This document shows positions 21,155 to 30,757 of a stretch of DNA of 64,000 nucleotides, piece by piece (positions within the stretch are counted from its first letter, which is position 1; every line of letters begins with the position of its first letter). The stretch is from an uncultured Pseudomonadota bacterium (GTDB lineage Bacteria > Oederibacteriota > Muellerivitia > Muellerivitales > Muellerivitaceae): assembly GCA_963843375.1 (NCBI GenBank), contig CAWJKT010000004.1, positions 96,001-160,000 on the forward strand. Direction: 5' to 3'. Below the pieces are notes generated by a model, which did not search any database, had not been told where the DNA came from, and saw nothing but the letters and a program-made list of their open reading frames with translations. Both the position numbers and the translations under genes were made by a program.

Positions 21155-21756
21155 AGCGGTATGACTCCGCTTGAGGCACCGACGTTGGCGGTTTCCTCGG
21201 TCCATCGCTCACGAAAGGCCTTGCGCGCGCGCGCCAACAATGACTGCGTAGCTATGATCGAAAGCCCGAGCAGGCGCGCAATCTCCTCAACCGAGAGACC
21301 GTCGGCGTACTTGGCTTCCAGTGCCTGTGCATAACTCTTTGGCAAGGCGTCCAGCAATCGGATTACCTCGGCACGGCGCTGCGTAGACTCCAGTTGCGCC
21401 AACGGTTCCAAGTGTCCGGGCGCGGGCAACTCCGCCACCGCCGCCCGCGCGCCGGCTTCGAACAGACTCACATGTGCCGGTCGGCGCGTCGACTTGCGAC
21501 TGACGTCGGCCAGCTCATGGCGGCAGATCTCGCATAGCCAGGTGAATAGGGCTGATTCGCCGCGGTAGCTGGCCAAATGGCGAACCGCTTTAATCAAGGA
21601 GTTCTGCACAACATCTTCCAGGCTTGCCCCGTCGAGTCCAGAGCGGCGCGAAGCGAACGCCGCCAGACGCTGCGCGCAAGCGTCAAAAAAGGCGTCGAAG
21701 GCACGCTGATCTCCGGCAAGCATACGAGATACCAAATCTAGATCCGCCTCGTACAC
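21151..21756 (-). CDS. ECF (sigma-70 family) sigma factor
   Basis: GDQRAF, EDVVQ, YRGESALFTWL, LDALP..GLSVEEIARLLG..SLLARAR. Confidence 0.92.
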   Translation of the reverse strand: MYEADLDLVSRMLAGDQRAFDAFFDACAQRLAAFASRRSGLDGASLEDVVQNSLIKAVRHLASYRGESALFTWLCEICRHELADVSRKSTRRPAHVSLFEAGARAAVAELPAPGHLEPLAQLESTQRRAEVIRLLDALPKSYAQALEAKYADGLSVEEIARLLGLSIIATQSLLARARKAFRERWTEETANVGASSGVIPL

Positions 21757-22053
21757 CCTGCCTTCTCCCGACCCAGCCGCGGCCTGACAAGGTCTGGAGG
21801 TTAGACGCCCGGCGGGCCGCAAATCAATTGCCAAAAGACCCAAGCACATCGGATTTCTCGTGCCGAGTGAGCGATTGATTCAACCGGCTGCCAACGTCTA
21901 ACGACGTTAAGACTGAGCAAAGACCGCTTGATCTACCGTCCTACATATGCGGGCAAGCCGATGAATCCACTTGTACTTATGGGCTGCAAGATGCTGGGGA
22001 TGTCCATGCCTCTCAAGCCCGTTTTTCAGTCTCCCCTTGATTGAGGATTGCGA

Positions 22054-22473
22054 ATGAGCATGCAAGCCGGCACTTTCAAACCAGCGTTCACGGTCTTCAT
22101 GCTGGTTAAAGCCGCTCCAGACTGGCTGATTTTCACGGTTGCCCATCGTCGCCAACTCACCCAGGCACAGCTCACACCAATCCTCGAGAAGCACCATCTC
22201 CATGCGTCACTCCACTTTCTCGATCTGGAACTTTACTCGACCCGCGTGACCGACATCTGGATATGGCGCACCCGAGATGTCCCTGGTTACCAGCACCTGA
22301 TGCAGGATCTTCGGAAATCTCCGTTCTGGAACCGTTTTTTCAACGTGGTCGAAATTTTGGCGGGCGTGGATGAGGCCCGTGGCCGACAATACTATCGCGA
22401 GCTCGTCCCCACGTGGGGTGATCCCAGCTGCGTTGGCGCCAAGCTGGCCCCGCTGATGCAGAATGTCGCCTGA
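22054..22473 (+). CDS. Darcynin family protein (chlorite-dismutase-like fold)
   Basis: FMLVKA.PDWL..LTPILEK..YSTRVTDIWIW..Y..LMQDLRKSPFW.RFFNVVEILAGV pattern recalled for darcynin. Confidence 0.7.
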   Translation: MSMQAGTFKPAFTVFMLVKAAPDWLIFTVAHRRQLTQAQLTPILEKHHLHASLHFLDLELYSTRVTDIWIWRTRDVPGYQHLMQDLRKSPFWNRFFNVVEILAGVDEARGRQYYRELVPTWGDPSCVGAKLAPLMQNVA

Positions 22474-22737
22474 GCTTAGGCACGGGACACGCCGCCAGTG
22501 TCCCGGGCGACTTGCGCCGCCGCGCGCTAGTTTTGACCCATGAACAAGATATTTAACCCGTGATCGCCTTCCGAAGTCGGCGATGCGTAGAATCGGCAGA
22601 GCATTAGTCGACCGGACTCTGAAGCTCGAGCCCCCGCCACGCCGGGACATTTCCTTAACGAGCAAAATGTCAATGCACTTCATCGTTGATCACTGTCCAG
22701 GAAGTCCATCTGAAGAAGACGCTACAAGCCCCAATAT

Positions 22738-22867
22738 ATGACGACTCACCAAGACTCACCTCTCTCCGATAATTGGTCCAGATGGCTCCTTCAGCTACGC
22801 AATGGCGGCGATCCAACGTTCGAGACGACGCTGCGCACCGAGGTAGAGGCCTATGCGGATCGGGTAC
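22738..22867 (+). pseudogene. 5' fragment of a gene (probably a class I SAM methyltransferase) cut at the segment junction
   Basis: DNWSRWLLQLRNGGDP..EVEAYADRV resembles methyltransferase N-termini as I recall them. GC-rich codon usage ends abruptly after 22867. Confidence 0.5.
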
Positions 22868-22900
22868 GAGTAACGACCCCCCACAGCCAGGAATCATTCC
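22860..22900. other. Junction between two compositionally different segments (chimera or concatenated contigs)
   Basis: Abrupt and lasting switch from GC-rich codons to sequence with frequent A/T runs, coinciding with a truncated ORF. No integrase, tRNA or flanking repeat seen. Confidence 0.75.
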
Positions 22901-22953
22901 AGTATGAGTCACGAGGGTTAGATAAAAATGCTTGAAAGGGTTATATTTCTTCC

Positions 22954-23361
22954 ATGAAAAAGCTAGCGAAGACGAAAGTCACGATTGAGATGGCAATTAT
23001 GTCCTTCGAGACGGACTTCCAGGGCATCGTGAACAATACGGAATTCATACGGTTCGTGGAACGAGTGCGCTACGCCCTTTCGAAAAAGCTGGGATTTTCC
23101 TTTAAGCAGGTCCGAAACGCCAAGCTTTGGACCGTGATGGCCCACGTGGAAATCAACTACCACACTCCAGGACGCTTTGAGGACATCATGTTGGGCACGG
23201 GGTGGGTCGAGAGGGTCGGTAATACCTCCCTGACGCTGGGCTATGAGTTCAGGCTCAAGGGCGTGAAGAGGTTGATCGCGGACGCAAAACAAGTGGTAGT
23301 TTTCGTCAACTCCGACTTAAAACCAACCCCTATTCCCGCTCACCTTCGCAAAAAATTATAA
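22954..23361 (+). CDS. Acyl-CoA thioesterase (4HBT/YbgC family)
   Basis: ETDFQGIVNN..F.E..R, VEINYHTPGRFED, VGNTS hot-dog motifs. Confidence 0.85.
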   Translation: MKKLAKTKVTIEMAIMSFETDFQGIVNNTEFIRFVERVRYALSKKLGFSFKQVRNAKLWTVMAHVEINYHTPGRFEDIMLGTGWVERVGNTSLTLGYEFRLKGVKRLIADAKQVVVFVNSDLKPTPIPAHLRKKL

Positions 23362-23465
23362 CGGGCCCCAAAAGAGGCCTGTAGAATGGGCTTATAGGCC
23401 CTTGTATTGAAACTGGTTCAAGGGTAATTTAACTATCTGCTTCAAAGTGTTTTTAAGGATCATTT

Positions 23466-24671
23466 ATGCCGACCCAAATGAACGCGCGCGGCCTTCAAGA
23501 ACAATTGCTAACCCTGAATAAAATCGGGATTGCCCTTTCCAAAGAACAAGATCTCAACCAGCTTTTGACCCTTATCCTCACCGAAAGCCGCCAATTCACC
23601 AATGCTGAAGCGGGAAGCCTATACGTGCGTGAAGGCCAGCAATTGCGTTTCTCCGTTTCCCAAAACAAAGTTCTGGAAGCCCGTAAAAAGGCGGAGCTGA
23701 AGGCCCACAAGAAGCTGTTGGAAGTTGTGCCTTCCACCTTCACTGGTTTTTACGTCTCCCTTGATAAAGCCTCTTTAGCCGGTTACGTGGGCGTGACCGG
23801 TAAGGTTCTCAATCTCCCCGACGCCTATAAAATTGCCCCGGGTAAGGAGTACAAGTTCAACCGTTCCTTCGACGAAAAGAACAACTACCGAACCAAGAGC
23901 ATGCTCATTGTTCCCATGAAGGACGCCTCGGGCAATGTGGTGGGAGTCATCCAGCTCATTAACGCCCATAGGGGAAAAAGCATCGTTCCCTTCGACAAAC
24001 ATTTCGAGAACCTGGTTTCGTCCCTGGCCAGCCAGGCGGCCATTGCCATCAAGAACACCATGCTCACCCAAGAACTGAAGGAAGCCTACCTCGATACGAT
24101 TTTCCGCCTATCGATCGCGGCGGAATATAAGGATGACGACACTGCAGTCCACATCCATCGCATGAGCCGTTACTCGGCTATCCTCGCGGAAGGATTGGGG
24201 CTTTCGGCGGAGGAAGTGGAAAGCATCCGTTACGCCTCGCCCATGCATGACATCGGCAAGTTGGGAGTGCCCGACTCCATTCTTATGAAACCCGGCAAGC
24301 TTACGCCAGCGGAATTCAAGGAGATGCAGAACCACACGGTCTTCGGTGCGAAAATTTTGGAAAACGCGAAGGCGGAACTTTTGAGGGTTTCCGAAATTAT
24401 CGCCCTGACCCACCATGAGAAATGGGACGGATCAGGTTACCCCCGCGGGCTCAAAGGCGAGAATATCCCCCTCTCTGGCCGCGTGGTAGCCTTGGCCGAT
24501 GTGTTCGATGCCCTTACCACCAAGCGCTGCTACAAACCGGCATTCTCCTTGGAAGAATCGATGAAAATTATTAAGGAAGGCACCGGCCGCCACTTTGATC
24601 CCAAAGTAGTTCAGGCTTTTGACAACAGCATCGAGAAGATCCTTGCCGTTAAGTCCCAATTCAGCGCTTAA
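23466..24671 (+). CDS. GAF + HD-GYP c-di-GMP phosphodiesterase
   Basis: GAF (NAEAGSLY, YRTKSMLIVPMK..GVIQLIN), HDIGK, HHEKWDGSGYP, ADVFDAL, GRHFDP. Confidence 0.92.
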   Translation: MPTQMNARGLQEQLLTLNKIGIALSKEQDLNQLLTLILTESRQFTNAEAGSLYVREGQQLRFSVSQNKVLEARKKAELKAHKKLLEVVPSTFTGFYVSLDKASLAGYVGVTGKVLNLPDAYKIAPGKEYKFNRSFDEKNNYRTKSMLIVPMKDASGNVVGVIQLINAHRGKSIVPFDKHFENLVSSLASQAAIAIKNTMLTQELKEAYLDTIFRLSIAAEYKDDDTAVHIHRMSRYSAILAEGLGLSAEEVESIRYASPMHDIGKLGVPDSILMKPGKLTPAEFKEMQNHTVFGAKILENAKAELLRVSEIIALTHHEKWDGSGYPRGLKGENIPLSGRVVALADVFDALTTKRCYKPAFSLEESMKIIKEGTGRHFDPKVVQAFDNSIEKILAVKSQFSA

Positions 24672-24875
24672 CCTTGCATTAAAATGTTTTGCGGCCCCAT
24701 CGATTACCGGGAATAAAGTGATTCGCGGGAATGAAAAGTCGACATAAGTCTTTCCAACAACCCGTAAATGAAGCTTTATTCTCTCCTTTTACGACCTTCG
24801 TCATGTTTCCAGTATTTTTACCCCTTAAAATGATGTAATTTCAATATCAGTTCTTTTTTGATGAGGACATGCCCG

Positions 24876-26491
24876 ATGTTCGTTCCTAAATCCATTGTTT
24901 GCTTGCGCGATTATTCCTGGAAACAACTTCCAAGCCGACTCCGTGGCCGGTCTGGTGGTGGGCTTGGTCGCCCTTCCCTTGGCGATGGCTTTTTCCATTG
25001 CGTGCGGATTGGGGCCGGAGAGAGGCCTTTATACGGCGGTAGTGGCGGGATTCCTCATTTCCGCGCTCGGAGGCAGCCGGGTTTCGATCGGGGGGCCCAC
25101 AGGGGCTTTCGTGGTGATCGTGGCTGGTATCGTGGCGAAGTTTGGTTACGACGGTCTGGCGGTAGCCACCGGCTTGGCGGGTCTGATCCTCATCGTTATG
25201 GGCCTCACCCGAATGGGGACTCTGGTGAAATATATCCCTTATCCCGTCACCACCGGGTTTACCAGTGGTATCGCGGTAATCATTTTCTCAGGCCAAGTGA
25301 AGGACTATTTGGGACTATCCATGAAGGCGGTTCCCTCGGATTTTCTCGAAAAATGGGGGGCTTATTTCCAGAATCTTTCCACTTGGAATCCCTATGCCCT
25401 GGGGATCGGTTTATTCACCATGGTGGTCATCGGCGCATGGCCAAAGAATTGGAAAGTACCCGGGACCATCGTCGCCCTCATTCTCGTTTCCTTCGCGGCC
25501 ACTTGGGGCAATTGGCCCGTGGAAACCATCGGAACCCGTTTCGGGGGTATCCCCACGTCTATTGCCCCACCCTCAATTCTTCCTCCAATCTTGGCCCCAA
25601 ATTAAACTTCTCCTGCCTTCGGCTCTGACCATCGCCATGCTGGCTTCCATCGAGTCTCTTCTTTGCGCGGTAGTGGCGGATGGGATGATCGGGGGAAGAC
25701 ACAAGTCCAACATGGAACTGGTAGCCCAGGGCGTGGCCAATTGTTTCTCGCCTATATTTGGTGGCATCCCCGCCACCGGGGCCATCGCCCGGACAGCGGT
25801 CAACGTAAAAAATGGCGGCCGGACTCCCGTGGCCGGTATGGTCCACGCCTTGGTGCTTTTCATCATTCTCATCGTGGCGGGTCCCTTGGCCGCCCATATT
25901 CCTTTAGCGGCGCTGTCAGGCGTTCTGGTGGTGGTGGCCTATCACATGTCCGAATGGCGTTCATTCCGATCCATTTTCGCGGGACCCCGCAGCGACATCG
26001 CCGTGCTGATGACCACGTTCCTCCTCACGGTTCTGGTGGACCTGACGATGGCCGTAGGCGTGGGTTTGGTGCTGGCTTCCTTCCTTTTTATGCGCAAGAT
26101 GGCGGACCTGACGCAAGTGCGCACCTTGACCCACGAACGCGACGGGGGGCTGTTGAACGGCTTGACGGTTCCCAAGGATGTGGAGGTTTACGCCATCAAC
26201 GGAAGTTTCTTTTTCGGTGCCGCCAACAAAGTAATGGAAGTAGAGAGGTCTTTCTTCAAAAAGCCCCGGGCGCTGGTATTGGAAATGAAAGGGGTTTTGC
26301 ACCTGGATTCATCGGGAATTAGGGTGCTTGAGCAAATTTACCACCAATGCCAAAACCGCGGAACCCGGCTGGTCCTTGTGGGAATCCACGCCCAGCCCAT
26401 GATGGCCATGCAGATGGCGAATAAATATGAAGAATTCGGCGAGGACAATTTTAAGGGCGACTTGGCCGAGGCTTTTAAAGAGTTTCAATAA
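24876..26491 (+). CDS. sulP: SulP/SLC26 anion permease with STAS domain; indels near 24930 and 25560
   Basis: AGLVVGLVALPLAMAF, IGGPTGAF, ESLLCAVVADGM, TGAIARTAVN, and STAS NGSFFFGAA..LDSSG. Confidence 0.9.
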
Positions 26492-26577
26492 GCTTTAGGG
26501 GGATCGATTTTTTGAACAAATCCCGTCTAAAGTTTCCCAATCCAAGGAAGTGGAGCGGACAAGCGGGGGAGTGTCGG

Positions 26578-27411
26578 ATGAAAGAGTTCTTTCCTGTGAT
26601 CATTGCGGTCTTGCTTTGGACGCCGGCTTGGGTCCAGGCGCAGGAAGGTTCGGTGGTACCCCTTTCCCAAATTGAAGGGGCTCTTTCGAAGGATTGGTGG
26701 CTGAAAGTTTACGCGGGCTATGATTATTCCATGATGGGTGACGTTATTAACGGGGTGAAAGCCTGGGAAGCATACCTCGAACCGGCTGTCACCCCCACGC
26801 TTTCCCTCGGCCACGGCGGTTTCGTGGATGGGACGGAAATTGGCTTTACCTTGGACCCGAACCATTCTATTTCGATTGAAGCTGAAAATATTGCCACTCA
26901 AAACGAAAATTTAAACTACACCAACGGAGGTACGACTACCTGGAAAACGATCGGGCCTAGTCTGGAGGACATCAACCTGAATTATTACCGGACCCTCTTC
27001 CGGTCGAAGGGGAACGGAACCTATTTGATGATCGGCGCCGGTTATTATCACACCAACGTGAATTACTATGATGGCTCCGGACCGTCCACGAGCCAGTCGG
27101 CCACCTTTACGGGGGATGTCATCGGGGGGGTATTGGGTGTAACGCAGAAATGGGAAATTGCCAAAAACTTCACTTGTGGTCTGTCGGTCAAGGGCCGTCT
27201 GGCTGCCTTCAGCGAAGTGAAATCCTCAAGCATCTTCGGGAATGGTACCACTCAAACGGTTAACGCTCCTTACGCTCTGATGATTTACAATCAGGGCCTG
27301 ACGGGAGCCATCACTGCGGATTCCCCCAATTATGCGGGGAGCAGCGCCCATTACGCAGTCGTGGATTATTCCGGGTTTCTAGGAGATTTCTTTTTAGCAT
27401 TTCACTTTTGA
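26578..27411 (+). CDS. Putative outer-membrane beta-barrel protein
   Basis: Signal peptide, alternating beta-strand pattern (GAGYY, DYSGF), C-terminal Phe (LAFHF). Confidence 0.6.
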   Translation: MKEFFPVIIAVLLWTPAWVQAQEGSVVPLSQIEGALSKDWWLKVYAGYDYSMMGDVINGVKAWEAYLEPAVTPTLSLGHGGFVDGTEIGFTLDPNHSISIEAENIATQNENLNYTNGGTTTWKTIGPSLEDINLNYYRTLFRSKGNGTYLMIGAGYYHTNVNYYDGSGPSTSQSATFTGDVIGGVLGVTQKWEIAKNFTCGLSVKGRLAAFSEVKSSSIFGNGTTQTVNAPYALMIYNQGLTGAITADSPNYAGSSAHYAVVDYSGFLGDFFLAFHF

Positions 27412-27427
27412 TTTTGACGAGGAAAAG

Positions 27428-27712
27428 ATGAAGATTAAGAACATCAACGGTTCTGGCGAAGTGCCCTGCAACTGTGATAGCTGGCTGGATCATTGGGACC
27501 GCTTTAGCGACCAATCGCCCACCTATTGCCCCGTCGAGGAATGTATGAATCGCATCGAAATAGGCGCCCGCGTCCAAAAGGACAATCCCGCAGACGGCGG
27601 CTGGTACATTGTTCCGCTTTGCCAAAAACACAACGCCCAGACGGGGAAAACCCTCCGGGTGAACGACCACGTGAATATGGTTTCGGCCGACGCGAGGGAA
27701 ACCTGCGGCTAA
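27428..27712 (+). CDS. Small Cys-rich protein with HNH-like zinc-finger pattern
   Basis: CNCDSWLDHW, CPVEEC, GARV, WYIVPLCQKHN. Good RBS (GAGG). Confidence 0.7.
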   Translation: MKIKNINGSGEVPCNCDSWLDHWDRFSDQSPTYCPVEECMNRIEIGARVQKDNPADGGWYIVPLCQKHNAQTGKTLRVNDHVNMVSADARETCG

Positions 27713-27892
27713 TGGCAGAGCTTGGGATCCTCCTCTGGCGCCGTCTTTTATCCCCTTAAAATAAGCCTTTTCTCCCTTTCCAAAAAAAAATTGGATTAAA
27801 CCAAACCTTTTCCGTCTAGAGGTTGGCGAATATGACGCTTGTCCTTTTTCCCTGAATGCCCATTGGAGATGATGTTTTCGACAGGAGAACGT

Positions 27893-28945
27893 ATGGAACG
27901 AAAATTTTATTTTGAGACGGTGGGATTTGGGATGATTTTGGCGGGGATGGTTCTCACCAGCTGTTCGAGCCACTCCATGTTTCCTACCGCTCCTCCCCCC
28001 CCTTCCATTACCACTCCCACGTTCAGCTCAACTTTCGTCGCATCATTGACACCCTCTGGAACCCCTTCGACAGCCACACCCGTGCCTTGCGTTACCAATA
28101 CGCCCACCGGCACGTCCACATTCACCGTGACGAACACACCCTTTAACACCCCGGCGGTTGACCCGACGCCAACCATTCCAACCGCTACACCGACGCCTTG
28201 TGTTACCAATACTCCGACCAGCACGGCCACATTCACCGTAACGAATACACCTATTAACACCCCCACGATTGACCCGACGCCAACCATTTCAACCGCTACG
28301 TCGACGCCCTGCGTCACCAACACGCCTTCCGAGACCAACACGTCAACTCCGACGAATACCATCTCTATTCAGACGTCCACCAACACACCCACCTGCACAA
28401 TCACGCCCTGCGTTACCGATACCCCTTCACGTACCAACACTGCCACCCCGACGAATACTATCTCTATTCAGACACCCACCAACACACCAACCTGTACAAT
28501 CACGCCCTGCGTCACTAACACGCCTTCCCGGACCAACACACTCACCCCGACAAATACCACTTCTATCCTGACCTTTACGCCTACCGTCACCTTCACGCCC
28601 ACGCTTCATTTCACTAACACTTTTACCGTGACACCAACTTTCAATCCACCCACCTCCACCGCCACCAACACCCCGACCAATAGCCCCTCACCCACTGGAA
28701 CCTGGTACACCTCTACCCCCACGAATTCTCCCACCCTGACCAGCACGGGGTCTCCCACCAACACTGCCACGGTCACCCCCACCCCCACCGTAACGAACAG
28801 CCCTTCCAACACGCCTACTTCCACCGCAACGGATACCGCTACCTCGACTCCGGTCGGGACTTGGTACACCAGCACCCCTACCAATACCCCCACTAACACG
28901 GCCACTCCAACGATCACTTATACGCCTACTCCAACACCCACTTGA
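27893..28945 (+). CDS. Thr/Pro-rich mucin-like lipoprotein with internal repeats
   Basis: RBS AGGAG, lipobox LTSC, then almost entirely TPT-type low complexity with five PCVT(N/D)TP units. Confidence 0.8.
   Translation: MERKFYFETVGFGMILAGMVLTSCSSHSMFPTAPPPPSITTPTFSSTFVASLTPSGTPSTATPVPCVTNTPTGTSTFTVTNTPFNTPAVDPTPTIPTATPTPCVTNTPTSTATFTVTNTPINTPTIDPTPTISTATSTPCVTNTPSETNTSTPTNTISIQTSTNTPTCTITPCVTDTPSRTNTATPTNTISIQTPTNTPTCTITPCVTNTPSRTNTLTPTNTTSILTFTPTVTFTPTLHFTNTFTVTPTFNPPTSTATNTPTNSPSPTGTWYTSTPTNSPTLTSTGSPTNTATVTPTPTVTNSPSNTPTSTATDTATSTPVGTWYTSTPTNTPTNTATPTITYTPTPTPT
28085..28560 (+). repeat. Intragenic tandem repeats (2 x 111 bp, then 2 x 99 bp plus partial)
   Basis: Cys codons of PCVT(N/D)TP recur at about 28088, 28199, 28310, 28409 and 28508. 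Confidence 0.8.
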
Positions 28946-29184
28946 TTCCGGGGTCACACCCTAAGGGTCAAGAATCGATTAAGCTTTAAGATTCGAGTTT
29001 CCCGCTTAGAATCATCTCGCAATCCCGCTAGAAGTCGTTTATCCAAAAACTTCATTTTATTTGTGAGCCGTTGATTCTAAATCACTTAATCGGCTTTATA
29101 CTTACCGGAGTAAAAAGAGAAAAAAATTTCTCCCCTCCGGGAAGTTTTTTGAAGGAGCCGAAATTGCCGGACGCCAACTTATTT

Positions 29185-29535
29185 ATGGAAAAACGCGTTT
29201 CCCCCCGAATCAAGGTCAATATTCCTGTCAAGTACCGCTTGGTCGAGGATACGAAGGAAATCGAAGCGGTCTTGCAGCAAAGAAAAGCGGACCGGAATGC
29301 CCATGCCATGGACCTCAGTCTGGGCGGCATGCATATCTTTGCGGACGAGGTTTTGAAAGAAGGGGATATTCTGAATTTCGAGATATCGCTTCCGGGACTC
29401 TCCGAGATTTTATCGGCCTTCGCCGAAGTGGTTTGGGTGAACAAAACCGAGGGAGGCCTCCACTTTTTGGAAATGAAAGAAGAAGATTTGATGGTCCTAA
29501 AGGCTTATTTAAGAAGAGCCTCTTCGACCCGGTAA
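29185..29535 (+). CDS. PilZ domain protein
   Basis: EKRVSPR (RxxxR) and DLSLGG (DxSxxG), AEVVW..GLHF. Confidence 0.88.
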   Translation: MEKRVSPRIKVNIPVKYRLVEDTKEIEAVLQQRKADRNAHAMDLSLGGMHIFADEVLKEGDILNFEISLPGLSEILSAFAEVVWVNKTEGGLHFLEMKEEDLMVLKAYLRRASSTR

Positions 29536-29697
29536 TGTTTCTTTGGAACAAAGAAGCAAATTCAAACGGCAGGCCGAAGGCCTTGGCTTCCCGCGTGCCT
29601 TAAAATACTTTAACCCCTATGGGATTCCATAGGGAATTCGGGAATGGGAGTGGAATCTAAGTTGCGGTTTTTTCCAATCGGGTTCTATTGAAGAAAA

Positions 29698-30177
29698 ATG
29701 AAAAACACTCTTAAAAGATTTCGACCATTCATGGTTTTGGTTTTCCTTTTTTGTGCTGCGCTAGTGCTAGGCTCGGGCGGTTGTGTGAGCCTTTATGATT
29801 CCCCAGCGGTGGCCAAAAAATGGGATGACCAGTTTTCCTATCCCGCCCTGCGATCCAATGAGGTCTATTTCTTCCTTTCCAAGGATGCTTTCCCCGCCGA
29901 CCTTCAATCGACCCCGGTGGGAACGCTCTTTACTCCACAGTACAGCCAATGGACCGCACAAAAACTCGTGGGGAAATTTCAAATGAAAGCCGCTGAAATC
30001 GGAGCCAATGCGGTCGTGTTTGAGAGCCTCCAAAAGAACAAATTGCTTTTTGGCTTCCTGTATTACACGGGCTACGCCACCGCTTACCGGATTTATAAAG
30101 ACAACCCGGCGGAGGGCGCTGATTTGAGTAACACCCAGTACGGAACCCAAAACCCCGACTTGCAAAAGGTAAAATAA
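29698..30177 (+). CDS. Hypothetical lipoprotein
   Basis: Hydrophobic leader ending GGC, and KAAEIGANAVV motif shared with 33085..33753. Confidence 0.65.
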   Translation: MKNTLKRFRPFMVLVFLFCAALVLGSGGCVSLYDSPAVAKKWDDQFSYPALRSNEVYFFLSKDAFPADLQSTPVGTLFTPQYSQWTAQKLVGKFQMKAAEIGANAVVFESLQKNKLLFGFLYYTGYATAYRIYKDNPAEGADLSNTQYGTQNPDLQKVK

Positions 30178-30312
30178 GCGGATTCTTCCAACCTCAAAAG
30201 TGGAAATAAAAGTGGTTCACAACAAGAACCCAACGGACGGGAAAAAGTGGATAATCAAACCAATTTCTTATATTCTCTGCGTCTTTATGAATAATGGATC
30301 GTTAGGGATCGG

Positions 30313-30732
30313 ATGGAGATCGTAAAAGCCAAGCTCCAGGACAGCGCTAAACTCGCCCAAATGAACTATTGGCTCATCCGAGATGAAGGCCACCGGAACC
30401 CGATGAACCAGGCCCAACTTAACCGCCGGATGAGGAATTGGTTGAAAAGTGATTACCACGCCTGTCTTTTCAAGGAACAAAGTAAGATTATCGGCTATTG
30501 CCTTTACCGGAAGGAAGAAGGCGCCACCTACATCCGGCAGTTTTACATTGACCGGGTTTTCCGGAGGCAGGGATGGGGCCGAATGGCTTTTGACCTTTTG
30601 CTACAGGGCGTCTGGAAGAAAACATTTAGACTTCGTCTGGACGTGCTGACGGGAAATAAAAACGGCATCGGATTTTGGAGAAACGCGGGCTTTAAGGACT
30701 ATTGCTTGACGATGGAACGGAAAACAAATTAG
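30313..30732 (+). CDS. GNAT family N-acetyltransferase
   Basis: YIRQFYIDRVFRRQGWGR, N..GIGFWRNAGF. Confidence 0.88.
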   Translation: MEIVKAKLQDSAKLAQMNYWLIRDEGHRNPMNQAQLNRRMRNWLKSDYHACLFKEQSKIIGYCLYRKEEGATYIRQFYIDRVFRRQGWGRMAFDLLLQGVWKKTFRLRLDVLTGNKNGIGFWRNAGFKDYCLTMERKTN

Positions 30733-30757
30733 GGCTTGTCCACAAAGGAAAGGGTTT

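Noticed and set aside
22860..22900. Junction as a prophage or genomic island boundary
   Set aside because: No att repeat, tRNA or recombinase, and the right side carries core metabolic genes.
28085..28945. Periodic repeats as a possible CRISPR array
   Set aside because: Units are in-frame (111 and 99 bp), vary mostly at codon level and lack unique spacers, so they are coding repeats.
29560..29640. Two small hairpins (AGGCCGAAGGCCT; CCCTATGG-GATT-CCATAGGG) as a c-di-GMP riboswitch near the PilZ gene
   Set aside because: Lacks the recognisable class I/II consensus elements. May be a terminator or operator, but support is insufficient.
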